NCBI GenBank assembly: GCA_002633005.1
Contig: NMRA01000134.1
Coordinates: 721,012-785,011 of the forward strand
DNA: 64,000 bases
From: Phoronis australis
Lineage: Eukaryota > Animalia > Phoronida
Reading direction: 5' to 3'
Both the position numbers and the translations under genes were made by a program. This document shows, one piece after another, positions 26,201 through 38,463 of this stretch. A model generated the notes under the pieces. It saw only the letters and a program-made list of their open reading frames with translations. It did no database searches and was not told where the DNA came from. Each line of letters begins with the position of its first letter. The stretch's first letter is position 1.

Positions 26201-29200
26201 CACAGTCCATGAGTGAAGTGCAACCGCAAGCTCGCAAGGACAAGGTGAGTGACTACACTTGATGTTGTTCAATTCACAAATTTAAATAGAGGTACAATTA
26301 ATGTTCATTTATTAATTTAACCAGCAGCAGATATTGTGGACAATGCAAAGATTAGGGTTTGACTGGCCGCATAATCAATACACCTTATTCAAACAGCTTC
26401 CTTTTAGGTTTTCATTGTCTCAAATGCATTGTTTTTTAAACCTAAGAGCAGGCTCACTTTTAAAATGGCGACTACGCAAATAAGGTCTGTGTGCTAACAA
26501 CCTTCAGTAGAGAGACTGACGTTGCCTCCCACCAGGTGGCAGATAAATACGTGCGAAGCTGATGACTGATGACAGTTTCAGGTCGGTTGACTACCGCCGG
26601 GCCCCCTAGTGGCAATTTTAATTTTGTACATTTTCCTGTGTCGCCGGAATTCCTTGGCTGCACCATGGCAAGGTTATTGACCTCTGTGCTTTGGCTTACA
26701 AATTGACTGGGTTCAGTGAACGTAGCCAGTACTAGCTACTTACGCAAACTGTTATAGCATGTTTTTGGACTGTGAAATGGAACTTAATTGGTGCACTAAT
26801 ATCATGTTATGGTATTAGTTTGTTAGTACAGCTTAATATTTGGCAAACTGGTATCATTGCAAATAGAACTTAATTGGCAAACTAATGTCATGCCATGATA
26901 TTAGTTTGTTTGTGCATTATTGCAATACGGATAACGTTGCAATTATCATCAATACCTGGTTGAAGTAATAAAACTGGCTATGGCGATGTACTCTTCACTT
27001 GGATGTCTAGTGCAGTACTGTTTCTGTATTTATTTAAACAATATAATGTATCTCTCACACATGTGTATTTACACTTAGAAACTTTTATTCGATTTTTAAC
27101 CTTGAATCCCTTAGTTAATATGTTCATTACTAACCCCCCCCCGAGCACATCCAGTCTCTTCCTGTTACTCATTCATGATATTGCTGTCACATGACATGTA
27201 TGTATGTTGCCATCACCTCTGCCTGCCTGACATGGGCATCTGCCTGTCTTCCTACCATATACCATCTCTACTGATTTAGTGTAGAGTACTTTGCCTAACC
27301 CAAATCCACATCTTGTCATCACAGGCTCGCCGAAAGACAGCAACAACAGCTGACCTGCTGGGTACCGCGTCATCTGGCTCCACGGAGCGCCATCTACCTG
27401 CACTCCATTCTGCTCCTGCACCACCCCTCCCTGATGACAAGCTCCGCCTACCTGTCATTGAGGAGGTCCACTCGGTAGTCTCAGACTTGGACATTAAGAC
27501 CCGTCTACTGAACAATAACAATGAAGAATCCAAGGAAATAGTGGTGACGGAACCCAGTCCACCCCCCTCGCCAAAAATGCAGCCGAAACAGAAATTACTG
27601 GGTGTGTTCAATGGTGGAACGTACGAGAATCTGTCCATCAGTGATGAGAAAAACGAGAGTAAGAAAGTGGATTCCAGTATGATGCCTCCTCCGAAGATGC
27701 CAGCTCCCAGGTTAGTAGTTTGTTGCTTCTTCTATAAATTGAAAGAGCTGTTAACGAGAAGGATCAATTCATACTTAATGATGCTGAAGTGGCCGTGTTG
27801 TCAATGAATTTCTTTTTAAGTGACTGCATGTCAGTGAATGTATGACAAAGTCTCTAGGTTTCAGTGAATTGTTCGAAACAAATTGATGTGCTGTGAATGT
27901 TGTCTTTGGGTTAGGTGTTTTGTGTCAAATGTAATGTGATTATATGACACTGGTTGTACGTATAGTTACAAAAATGGCTGCTCAAGGTTACGTACGTTGA
28001 TGTTGAGGGTGGTGATCATTATAATGGAAATGACAATATTATAAAATTATTCAGCGCACTAAGGCTTGCCACTAAACTTAATGTTGAATTGTACAGCATT
28101 TTATTGATGGCTAAATACCAAGTAAAGTAGATGTCCTATCTTTAGTGAATCTACCTTTTGTTTCAGCTGAAGTTTATTTGATTATGTATTCTGTTCCTCC
28201 AGGTCAACTAATCAAGCCAACTCCAAAAACAAAGTGGAACCGTCTCCTGTGCTTAGACGTCGTAACGCAGATAAAACTATAGGGTGAGTTGATGTCATGG
28301 TGTCAATTGAACACTATTACTTTAACCGCATGCAATGTTGAAATGTGGTAAAATTATGGCTCTGCGTTTCATTTGGCCTGTGAATGTATCAAAGAATGAT
28401 TGGGGTCTGAAGACATGCAACTGAGCTGGCCTGGTCTATGTGTAGTGTATGTAACTTGCAACTGGCCTGGTCTATGTGCAGTGTAGGTGACTTGCAGCTG
28501 GGCTGGTCAATGTGTAGTGTAGGTGCAGGTGTTACCCATCTTCGAATTTTCAAAATCGGTGCACTGGAAGGGAATTTATTGAGAATTAGTGCAGCAACAA
28601 GTAGTTCCCTGTGACATTGTCCAGCTTTGTGGCCCTCAGCACATGGGGCAAACTAACTTAGTCTGGACTTGAGCAGTTTTGCTGAGTTGATCCACAGCTA
28701 GTCATGAGATAGCTTTCTCAATATGTAGAACAAAACTACAGGGTGAGTTGATATTAAACAAAACCACAAAGTGAGTTGATAAAAAATAAAATCTAGATCC
28801 AAAAAGCACAAGCATAATGAGTGTCATCAAACATTTTACGTAATTTTCAAATGGGCATCTCTCACATGGTCAGTTCCTCCACGCACATCAATTCAGACAA
28901 CATTTTCCTAAAATGGCCTCTATTATCTCCCCCCCCCCCGATGCCTCATCCCACTTGGCATTGATTACCATAGTAACGTTCAACTTTGCATGGCTTTTCT
29001 TGAGGCCAAAAAATTCACGGTACATCGATCCAACTTAGATCAACATTTGAGAATCGTTGACTAAGGCTATTGCCAAAATACTTTCCAGTCGTGGACCTAG
29101 TGTAGCAGTTATCATATATAGATATTAGATAAAGTAGGCTAAACTTGCCTTATATAGTCATAATAGTCACTCCGACACTATATACATTTGTTTTCTGCTG

Positions 29201-32200
29201 CTGCTGGTGCCCATCTTTCACTTGAAGCTACACTTTTCAGGTCATCTGAAGACATTTGACACTTGATTTCCTCAGCCAAATTTTTTTGGCTGGCAACATT
29301 TAGTTCTTCCGGTTCTCTTACTCCCGTTGTTGTCTATGTCTCTTCTTCTGGTTCATCTCCCTGTATCCCTCCATACTCATCATATTCATATGATGCTGGT
29401 ATTTATACCGCACTCTTCTAGCCTTCATCTCATCCATTACTTGTCGACTGTGAGCCATTCTACGAAGAAACGCTTGCAACTGTTCATTGTGTTTGGAGGG
29501 GTTCACTCGTCTCACCGTACTCTTTGTTACCTGTTCATTGTGACAAAAGTTTTATTAAGGACAAAAGTCTTTTATATTGATAGTTTTCAGTAGTGCCACA
29601 CTCTCATACTCAGGTTAGGATAAACCATTAATTTGAAACTGGGAGGAAATGCTGTCTATCACAAAAATCCTTGTTACAGAAGCTGTCACTATGATTCACT
29701 GTTGAGTCAATCTGTGTAATTCACTATATTTATTACCCAGGAAGCTCACGAGAACAAAATCTAAAAGTGGGATTAATTTTTGTCTCCGTAATTACCGTAG
29801 AGTACTTGCCCTCGAGCCTAATAATCATTTCCAGGATATGACCAATTTTATTTAATTTCCTTTAAGTGTACACTAGACTCCATTACGATGGTCGCGATAC
29901 AGAATATTACACAGCATTTTGGATACCAATTCATTCTTGTTTAAAGTAAAAATAAATGAAAATTGTACCTTCTGTAAATAAATGTAAAAAGAGAAAGTGT
30001 AGAACATATATTGTGACTGGCACATATTGTGACTGGCACATATTGTGACTGGCACATATTGTGACTGGCACATATTGTGACTGGCACATATTGTGACTGG
30101 CACATATTGTGACTGGCACATATTGTGACTGGCAATTTTCTGTCATATGTTAGTACTTGATTGTTGGCTAAGAGGGGTTTACATTTAATCAGAAACAGAC
30201 AGATGAATCTTTGAAATATTGTTAAAAAGACAACATAGCCTCAAACTGGACATTGTTGCAGTGTAAATAATTATTTATAATGTTATTGTACAATCAGAAA
30301 ATGTTTTTTAAATATAAACACTTGGTAATTATAGAACACTAACTGAATATTCAGAAATACATTCTTCTAAAAAATGGTAAGTTTGTGGAATACACCGAAC
30401 AGTGGAAACCCTGGCTGGTCGTTTAGTCTAATCAACTATTTTGTTGATATAGGTTACTGATAAATGTCATGTAAAAGCTTTCATACACATGTATGGGTGT
30501 GCGTGTGTATGTGGGATTGTGCGTCTTCGTCTTCATAATTGTATGTATTGAACTAATACAAAAAGCAATAAATATTAAAACAAAAATTATTGCTATAAAA
30601 GGCCTAAATCAAACATTGTTTTTCTGAAAGAAGACCTTGGTTTATTGCCCCTTTAATGATACTAAATAACCATTTTATGTCCCCACATAATTATTTGGTC
30701 ACATATTGCTGTTGTATTTCGTTAAGCCTCTAATGTCAGATCTCTGAAATATGGCAAATGTATTTTTATGGATTAGACAATGGACATCGATGACTTCTAG
30801 ACAGATCCAACTACCATTGGGTCCCCTAATGACAATTGAGTTTTTACCTTTGCCTCGGTCTGCATCTTTTGAGTTACGCATTGGACTTCGATGAAACTAT
30901 GGCAAATACTGTAGGTTTCTATTTAGGAGACGACTGTGTCGCATTCTCAGATGGATATGCTGCCTGATGAATTTTTACTTGGCGAAATAAATTTCGCCAA
31001 GTATGTTGGTCTGACATCAAGTTTTTTTTTGTGTTAGCTCTCTACAGGTCGCAATTCTCGCCCAATTTTCACGAAATTTGCACACGACGTGTAGATTGGA
31101 AAGTCCTGGAAGCCTATTGTTTTTGGTCATGATCGGATTCAAAATAGCGGACGTGGCGGCCATTTTGTTCCCGATGTTCACAGAGGCCGCATGTTTGACG
31201 TACTGAGCTGAAACTTGTGCTACAACTGTGCCCAAAAACATTGACTTCCAGTTAAAGATGGTGGAAATATTGACGATGGCGCATGCGCACCTCGATATCT
31301 GGCCAAAAACGTTTTCTCCTGTAGAGGGCGCATTGGCGAACCAATCACTTTCAAACTGGTCACGTGTTTCTTGCAATTGATCAGCTTTATAAAATTTTGT
31401 TTAACCGGAAGTCATGTTCAAGATGGCGGCTCTGGCGCATTTTCACCCATTTTCAATCGTTTAAGAGTCTTACTAATTTATGACATCTAAGCTCGTTGTA
31501 TGAATGTTATGGTGTTGTTCATCATCGCCACCTTCATCATCACAATCATCATCATCGTTAATTTTGCCTATTGTCGCTAAAGACTGTAGGTAGCACTGAA
31601 CAGTCAGGCCACGGCCACGGAGCATGTTCTACTCCCTAGAATTTATGTTGAGGGTGTCAGATTTGGCGGGTGGTTTGAGGAAAGTGTTGACAACAATTGC
31701 CAGGAAACTTATTTACTTGTGTTTTTGAATGAGAAAAATCCAAGTTTTGCCTACTTTTGATGCAAACTGGTGGCTGTCATTTGCTATCAACCCCTGTCGT
31801 CTGCTGTCCGAGAAAGCGGGTGCGATTTCATGTGGCTGTCAGACAGATCAAATTTGCCAAAAAAGTTGCTGGTAAGAGGCTTACTGTGACCACATAGTTA
31901 GAATCTAGTTAAGACGAGCGTTCTGAATCTGTAGTCAGACTTTTTCTGGCACTTGCAGGGAAGTGGTTATTTCGGGGAGAAAATTGTCAAATTTGGCGTT
32001 TTTTGCAAATAGTTTTGTGTGCCCGGATTTTCTTGCCATGTATATTAACCGATCAGAAATCTGTGCAGTCCGATAGAGTTTTAAATGGGCTGTCATAAGA
32101 TATTTTTCATTTCTCGCTAGTCGTCATGATCGTCGTCGTCATCCTCTCTATCGTCCTGTTTTCGCGTAATTTCGCTAAGTGTCGCTCCTCCTAGTGCTCT

Positions 32201-35200
32201 CGCACTGTTGCCAGTTTACCGGGTGCATGATCAAGACTGCAGGTTATTTCTTACTGATTTATCATAATCTCTGCCTTCATCGTCATGATCATCGTCGTGG
32301 TCCTCTCCATCGTCCTGTTTTCCCTAATTTCGCCAAGTGTCGCTCCTCCGAGCGCTCTCGTACTGTTACCAGTTTACCGGGTGCGTGAACAAGACTGTGT
32401 GAACAAGACTGCAGGCTATTTCTTACTGATTTATTCGCTAGTCACATGAATGTTATCGTGTTGTTCATAATCTCCGCCTTCATCGTCATGATCGTTGTCA
32501 TCGTCCTGTTTTCCCTTAATTTCTCCAAGTGTCGCTCCTCTGAGCGCTCTCGTTTATTTTATTTTTTTTTGTTTTTGGGGCCTCTGCTGTTCTATCTGCA
32601 AAGCCACCAAGGAATCATCATTAAAATTGGTTAAGGTTAATTTTTGGATGGATTTGACTCCTGTGGCACCCCCTATTGGTAAGTTTACGAAATTTGATGA
32701 GTTCAGTTCTATGAAGGTGATAACAGATGACGACAGCTTTCAAAAAGATGTGCATCATCACTATCACTGTGCCCGATGTTGGCATTCTTTTACATTTGCC
32801 CTTGTATCTTCAATGTTTCTTGATGGATATTCATGAAGTTTGATAATGTATAGGTTTTCATTAAGGAGACAACAATGCCTTCACATTTGTGGATGTCTTC
32901 AACATACTCTGTGCCACCTAGGCACCATTTTTGTTGTTTTTGGGTCTGTTTTTTGGTGTCTGCCCCCCCCTCCCTCTCTCTCCGCCAAACTACTCGAGGA
33001 ATTATGAAAATTGGCAGATGTGCTCCCACTGACAACAGCATGACGGATGTTGATTGTGAGGCAAAACTTAATCTTTATGTTATGAAGAAATGGATTATAT
33101 TTTTCATTGCAAAGATGGCATGTAAGAACCTCTACTGGGTGTGTCTGGTGTTATGTATGTGTGCCTTTCTTGTGATTATTGCGCCTGTCTAAAAATACCA
33201 AATGCAAGTCAAAACCTCCTTGAATCTCCCTTAAGTTGTTACTTTCCTGTCTTTTTGAAAACTTTTTTGTTTTTCTAATGATCTATACCAAATGAGAATC
33301 CAAATTAACACCTTAAATCTCCCATCAGATGATGTTACATTGTGGCCTAATTCTTGCAAACATACTTTTTCTAACTATAAAGATATTTTCAATCCAATCT
33401 TTCATGGTATATTCCTACCTTGTCCTCTTTTGCGGTCATCAGTTGGTGCTGGTTACCAGCCCTCGTTCTATCCGTCTTATGTAGATAGTGCATCTTAGAA
33501 AGCGCCTGTGTATAGCCCTCCCACACACGTAGCTCGGCTTCATCTTTTCTGATAACTTCCTCCACCCTTAAAAGTTTACTATTGTTTCCCCTCTTTGCTG
33601 ACTGCCCACCGCTATTAGCCACATTGGAGTGTTCATTCAACGTTTGTCTTTGCTCTATTCTGATCCCATCCTCTGCTTTCAATTGTTTACTATCACTTCC
33701 TTTTGAGGATTCACTGTGGTATCCTGTTGTCAGTTGCCCAGTGTTTCCACCGTTGGCACCTTCAGAACGTTCCTTAAGCCTATGCCGCTGCTCCTTAAAC
33801 TCCTGATGTAGTTTCAACATCATGGCGTAATCAGCAAGGGTGTATGTGGGCTTAATGCTAGTATCATCTAGAGACTTGCTTCGTGTCTTCCTGACTGATG
33901 TGTGGTCACTCTGCTGTCTAAGCTTGGGCAGTGACTGTTGAGGCGTCAGAGGTACTTTCACTGCCGTATTGTTGACAGCTTTGTCATCTTTCTGGACGAA
34001 ATGTACAGTTTTGTCATTTGACCCATTCTCGTGCTCCTTGTGCCCCGTCATGCTCACACTCTGTTCCTTGTTGCCATTTTGATTGGTCAACGCAGGGTGG
34101 CGGAAGTTTGTTGGAGATGGCTCCTGTATGTCGACTGTTTTCTTGCTATAAGCCTTCCTCATAAATGCAGTTGCACCCAACACTACTACTGGTAGTGTCA
34201 TTTTGACAGCGGCGTTTGTGCTGCATTGATTCATATTATTATTATTTCCTGCATCGATTTGAGCATCACCATGTTGGGAACCAGGCAACGACAACTCATC
34301 AAGTTTGGTATCATCCCTTACGTCATCTTGAGAGGGCACACTGCTCTCTGGTATATCAGGAAGGAGGCGTTGGATCTCCTCCATCTTCTTCTCGATCTTG
34401 TTGTTGGCGATATTACGTTTGATGTTGCTGAGGTGCTGGTTGATTGACAGCTTCTTGATGTTTAGTGAGTTGACTGCCTTGGCCATCTGCCTTTCAATCT
34501 GCTTGTGACGGTGACGGTACAGTTGACCTTCTTTGTGGTTCCGAATGCAAACAGCTCTGAAGCAAATTGTTCTGAGAATTAATTGCAGAACTTATGTCTC
34601 AAGAGTTCATTGATATAGCTTTATTAGATCTGACTCTAAAAAATACATTTCCAGCTTTAAAGGTTTACGCCTGATTTTCATGAACTTTATTCACACCTTG
34701 CCTAATGTATCACAAGCCAGATGTCTCCAAGGAAAAGAGCTCTGCACAACTTCATCTGCACTTCAAATGATTTGTTGTTTACTTACAGTCGTTAGCATAG
34801 AAGATAGTTAACTTTGAGCCCACCTATGTCATTTTTTTCTTTCGAAACAACTGGAGTTGTCGCCAATGCTGAAAGTGCCCTTATTCCAATGGAGAGCACC
34901 CTTTTGCCAACTGAGGATTTTAGTCTCCGGAGTTTTTGCTATTTTGTATCTCTATCAGAATTATACCGTAATACACGTTGAGTGAGGCCAAATGATAAAT
35001 AAGAGCCCCGCATCAGGCATTCAAAACCAATGATTATGCAATGGCAATTAAACATCTTGTCTTTGAAGTATTTAATCAGCATCAGTCCAACTGTAATTCA
35101 AATACCAAATTGTTTAGAAGTAACCAGTCTAAACAGCTTGGTATTACCCCACTGTGTACAGTAGCCAGTGGTCACATTGTCCAGTGTGGCTGTACTAGCC

Positions 35201-38200
35201 AAACCAATTAAAGTAGTCACAATGTGAGGGGCTTCACTTATACAAATGTTGGGGTTTGTTTGACAAACAGATTAAATACCATGGCTTGCCAGCTTTGGTG
35301 CTATGTCTCAAGTTAGAGTATTCTTAAAATTAGTATTTATTAAGTGTGAATTAAAGTAAAGGTGTTAGTTTACCTTCATGCCATCACCGACTTTAAAAAT
35401 ATGTGCCAACTCAGTTGTAAGTACAAAAGTTTCGTTGGAACGAAAAATGCATGTACCTTGTCAATGGAAAGTGGAAAAACAAAATGCTTACAGACCTCCC
35501 CTGAGGTTTGAGGGTAGGGTAAGGGGAACAAAATGAAATGCAACCTTATTTTTGACTTATTGATTTCAAAAGAAGGCCCAGAAAGAGGGTCTGGATTTGT
35601 GCAGAAAAGGTTACCGTATAAGTTGGTGTTGAATTCTAGGGTGCTAGACTGAAAAAGTTGTAGTAGGACAAAAATCTGGGAACAACTGAACTTTTGACAG
35701 TTAAAGTTTTTGACAGTTTTGCAATGGGTATTTGGTAATAAAATCTCATCGATTTATGACCAAAATAATTTCCAGAATTAATTTTTTTTTGATTTTTCAA
35801 ATGCTTCTACGGCAAAATCTCACCCTTTTCGTACAAAAACTATTATCAAAGGCTTCTAGCAATTTTGTCTGCCCTCAGTTTTACTGAGTGGTAACTGTGG
35901 TATTGAACTTTGTCTTTGAAGGTGCCATTTATATTTTTATAAAACCATGGAAACATAGAATTTGACTTGTCCACCATATTATATCCTAAATTGATATTGC
36001 GTTGTCATTTTGATTCAGAAGTTGAAAATGATAAACTTGAATATATATTTGGTAATAGATAGCTTTAGTGAGGAACATTAGAAATGATTTTTTGTATCGT
36101 TCACGTATCAAATTATCCTAAGTGAAATTTCTTAATTTGAGTGACATTGGCACTTATACTGGTGTTTGAGAATGTCCTTTATATTCTTTTATCACAACCA
36201 TCTCATCTGTTCTTCACGAAATCATAAAACATGTTTATTAAACCTGACAAAGTGAACTTGAAAAAAATTCTTAACCATAATGCCATCTGCTTGACGTGTA
36301 ATGATAGAATGACATCAGAGTGCTCTGACTGAATTGATATCGTATGATTGGGAAGGGGGGAGGGGGCTTGCCAGCTTTGTGCTGTGTGAAGAGAACCCTT
36401 GCTAGCCCTGTGATTGCCTGAAGGGAGAGCTCGTTAACCTTCTGAAAGTCACAAGGTAGGAATCACTAGCCCTCTAATAGTCTGATAGGTAGACTTATTA
36501 TCATTCTGATAGTCTGAAGAGATGGGGGCTTGCTAGCCCTGAGATGGTTTGAAGAGAAGGGGCTTGCTAGCCCCTGAAGAGAGAGGTTGCTAGCCCTCAG
36601 ATAATCTGAAGAGCTAGAGAGAAGTTGGTAGCCCACCTTTGGTCTGATGGGAAGGCTAGCTAGCTTTCAAATTATCTGAAGGGTCAGGGCTTGCTAAGCC
36701 CAGTGTTGTCTGAATCGGGTTTTAGCTTGTGATATGCCCTGGGTACTCATCATACCAGCAAAAATAAAGTACCATCATGGTATAGTCCTACTTTTTCACT
36801 ACCACGGAAATTTCAGGGCCACTTGTGAACTGAAATGTGAATGAATTTTAATTTCGCTTTTGAAGGAGCTCATTTGAAGGAAAGGTATGCAATTCATGGA
36901 TTTCTGTTTCACCTAAATAAAACAAAATGAGTATAGTCAGCGTCTGACGTGTTGTTTGTAACGACTACTCATGGACAATGGGTATTATTTTTAAATGATT
37001 TTATTACGATAATTGAAACCAAAGTAGCTTTGCTATACCGCTTGTGAATGCTCTTGCCAAAGGTTTGCTGCAGAGATGTTCCATCTATGGGATTGTGTGA
37101 GACTTACCTCCCCTGACATGTGAGTTGTACCTCATTCGATACTTGTGGATACAGAAGACTGAGTTCTGGTATTGACAGTTGGTCCAGTATCTGTGGTAGT
37201 GTTGGCATTGGCCTTGCAGATGGTATTGAGGGATGGACTTGCTGAAAAGAAAATCAGCTGGTATGATCACAAGCACTACACTGAGCTTAATTTTTGGTTT
37301 CCATAAAATTATCATTTTTATCTTTTCTTTAAAAATTTCTTGTTTGTCAAACCAAACCATTCTAAGGATGATTTTGAAAATTGGCATATATGTTCTCAGT
37401 GTGAAGAAGACAATTGACGATGACAACTTCGACTGTGGCACCTCCTAGTGGTTGTTTTGTTTCATAGCTGTATCTCCTAAACCCACTGCAGGATCGTTAT
37501 TAAATTTAGTAAGTGTATTTATATGAAGCTAACAACAGACTATGACGACTTTCAGGCGGATCCAACGAAAGCTGTGCCCCCTAGTGGCAATTTAATTTTT
37601 TCCATTTTCTTTTGTTTCGCTGAAGTTCCTTGACAGATTTTCGTGAAATGTGGTAAATAGTTTTCTATTAAAGAGTGATATGCATGACCCTGTTTTCGGA
37701 TGGATTCAATGTTTTTGCGCCATCTAGTGGCCATTTTTATGATACAAATGAACAATCTTAGAAGCACAACGTTTGCGGTGCATTCGTGAGTGCATTTCAA
37801 CTCTCTTCGTTGCTCTTGTTTACCCAAAATGGGCAGCTCCCGGAACATTTTAAATAATAAATTACGAATACTTCAGTTATAGAATTGCCAAGTGAAACTA
37901 CTCACTATTATTCTTCAGTTTTGTTGAAGTGTCTTTACTTTTCAACAACATGTTGTTTCTTTGCAATCAATGTAAAGCAATTTCCCATATTTTAGACGTT
38001 GGTATTTTTTCTCCGTCATTCGTCAATTCTTGTTGTGCATCTAAACTCATGTGTACTTTACCTTCATTACTCTCTTCTTGTGGTGACAGCCTCCGCTAGA
38101 GCCAGCACTCTCCCAGTGTACCATAGGGACTGTGTTGTGATACCTCCTGTGAGGCTCACTAATATTACATGCTGTGATTGACTCCGAGGGTCAGTGTTAT

Positions 38201-38424
38201 ACTGACAGTTTCGGTTGTTATGACATGATATTTCATGGGGTCAGGATTAAATATAACTGGTGAATGTATGGAGATATTAAAGTCATAATTGCTCGTCAAC
38301 AAGAATCGTTCTGGTGGGAGCATACACTTCTAGTGGTCTATTCTGTACTTGTATGGCTTCATTAAGTGGCTTGTTGAAGGCCAAGGGCTTCTGAATTTAG
38401 ACATGGGCATACATCTGTGCTTTA

Positions 38425-38463
<39 letters not shown>

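Noticed and set aside
33389-33418. Stop at 33389 as the end of the nested gene
   Set aside because: An in-phase AAG/GTAGGA donor and a compatible downstream exon make splicing more likely, though an unspliced 422-aa form cannot be excluded.
38090-38190. Possible extra KIF21 exon after a pyrimidine-rich acceptor ([11 protein letters not shown]...)
   Set aside because: In the required phase 2 it hits TAG at once; the open frame needs a phase-1 partner that I could not find.
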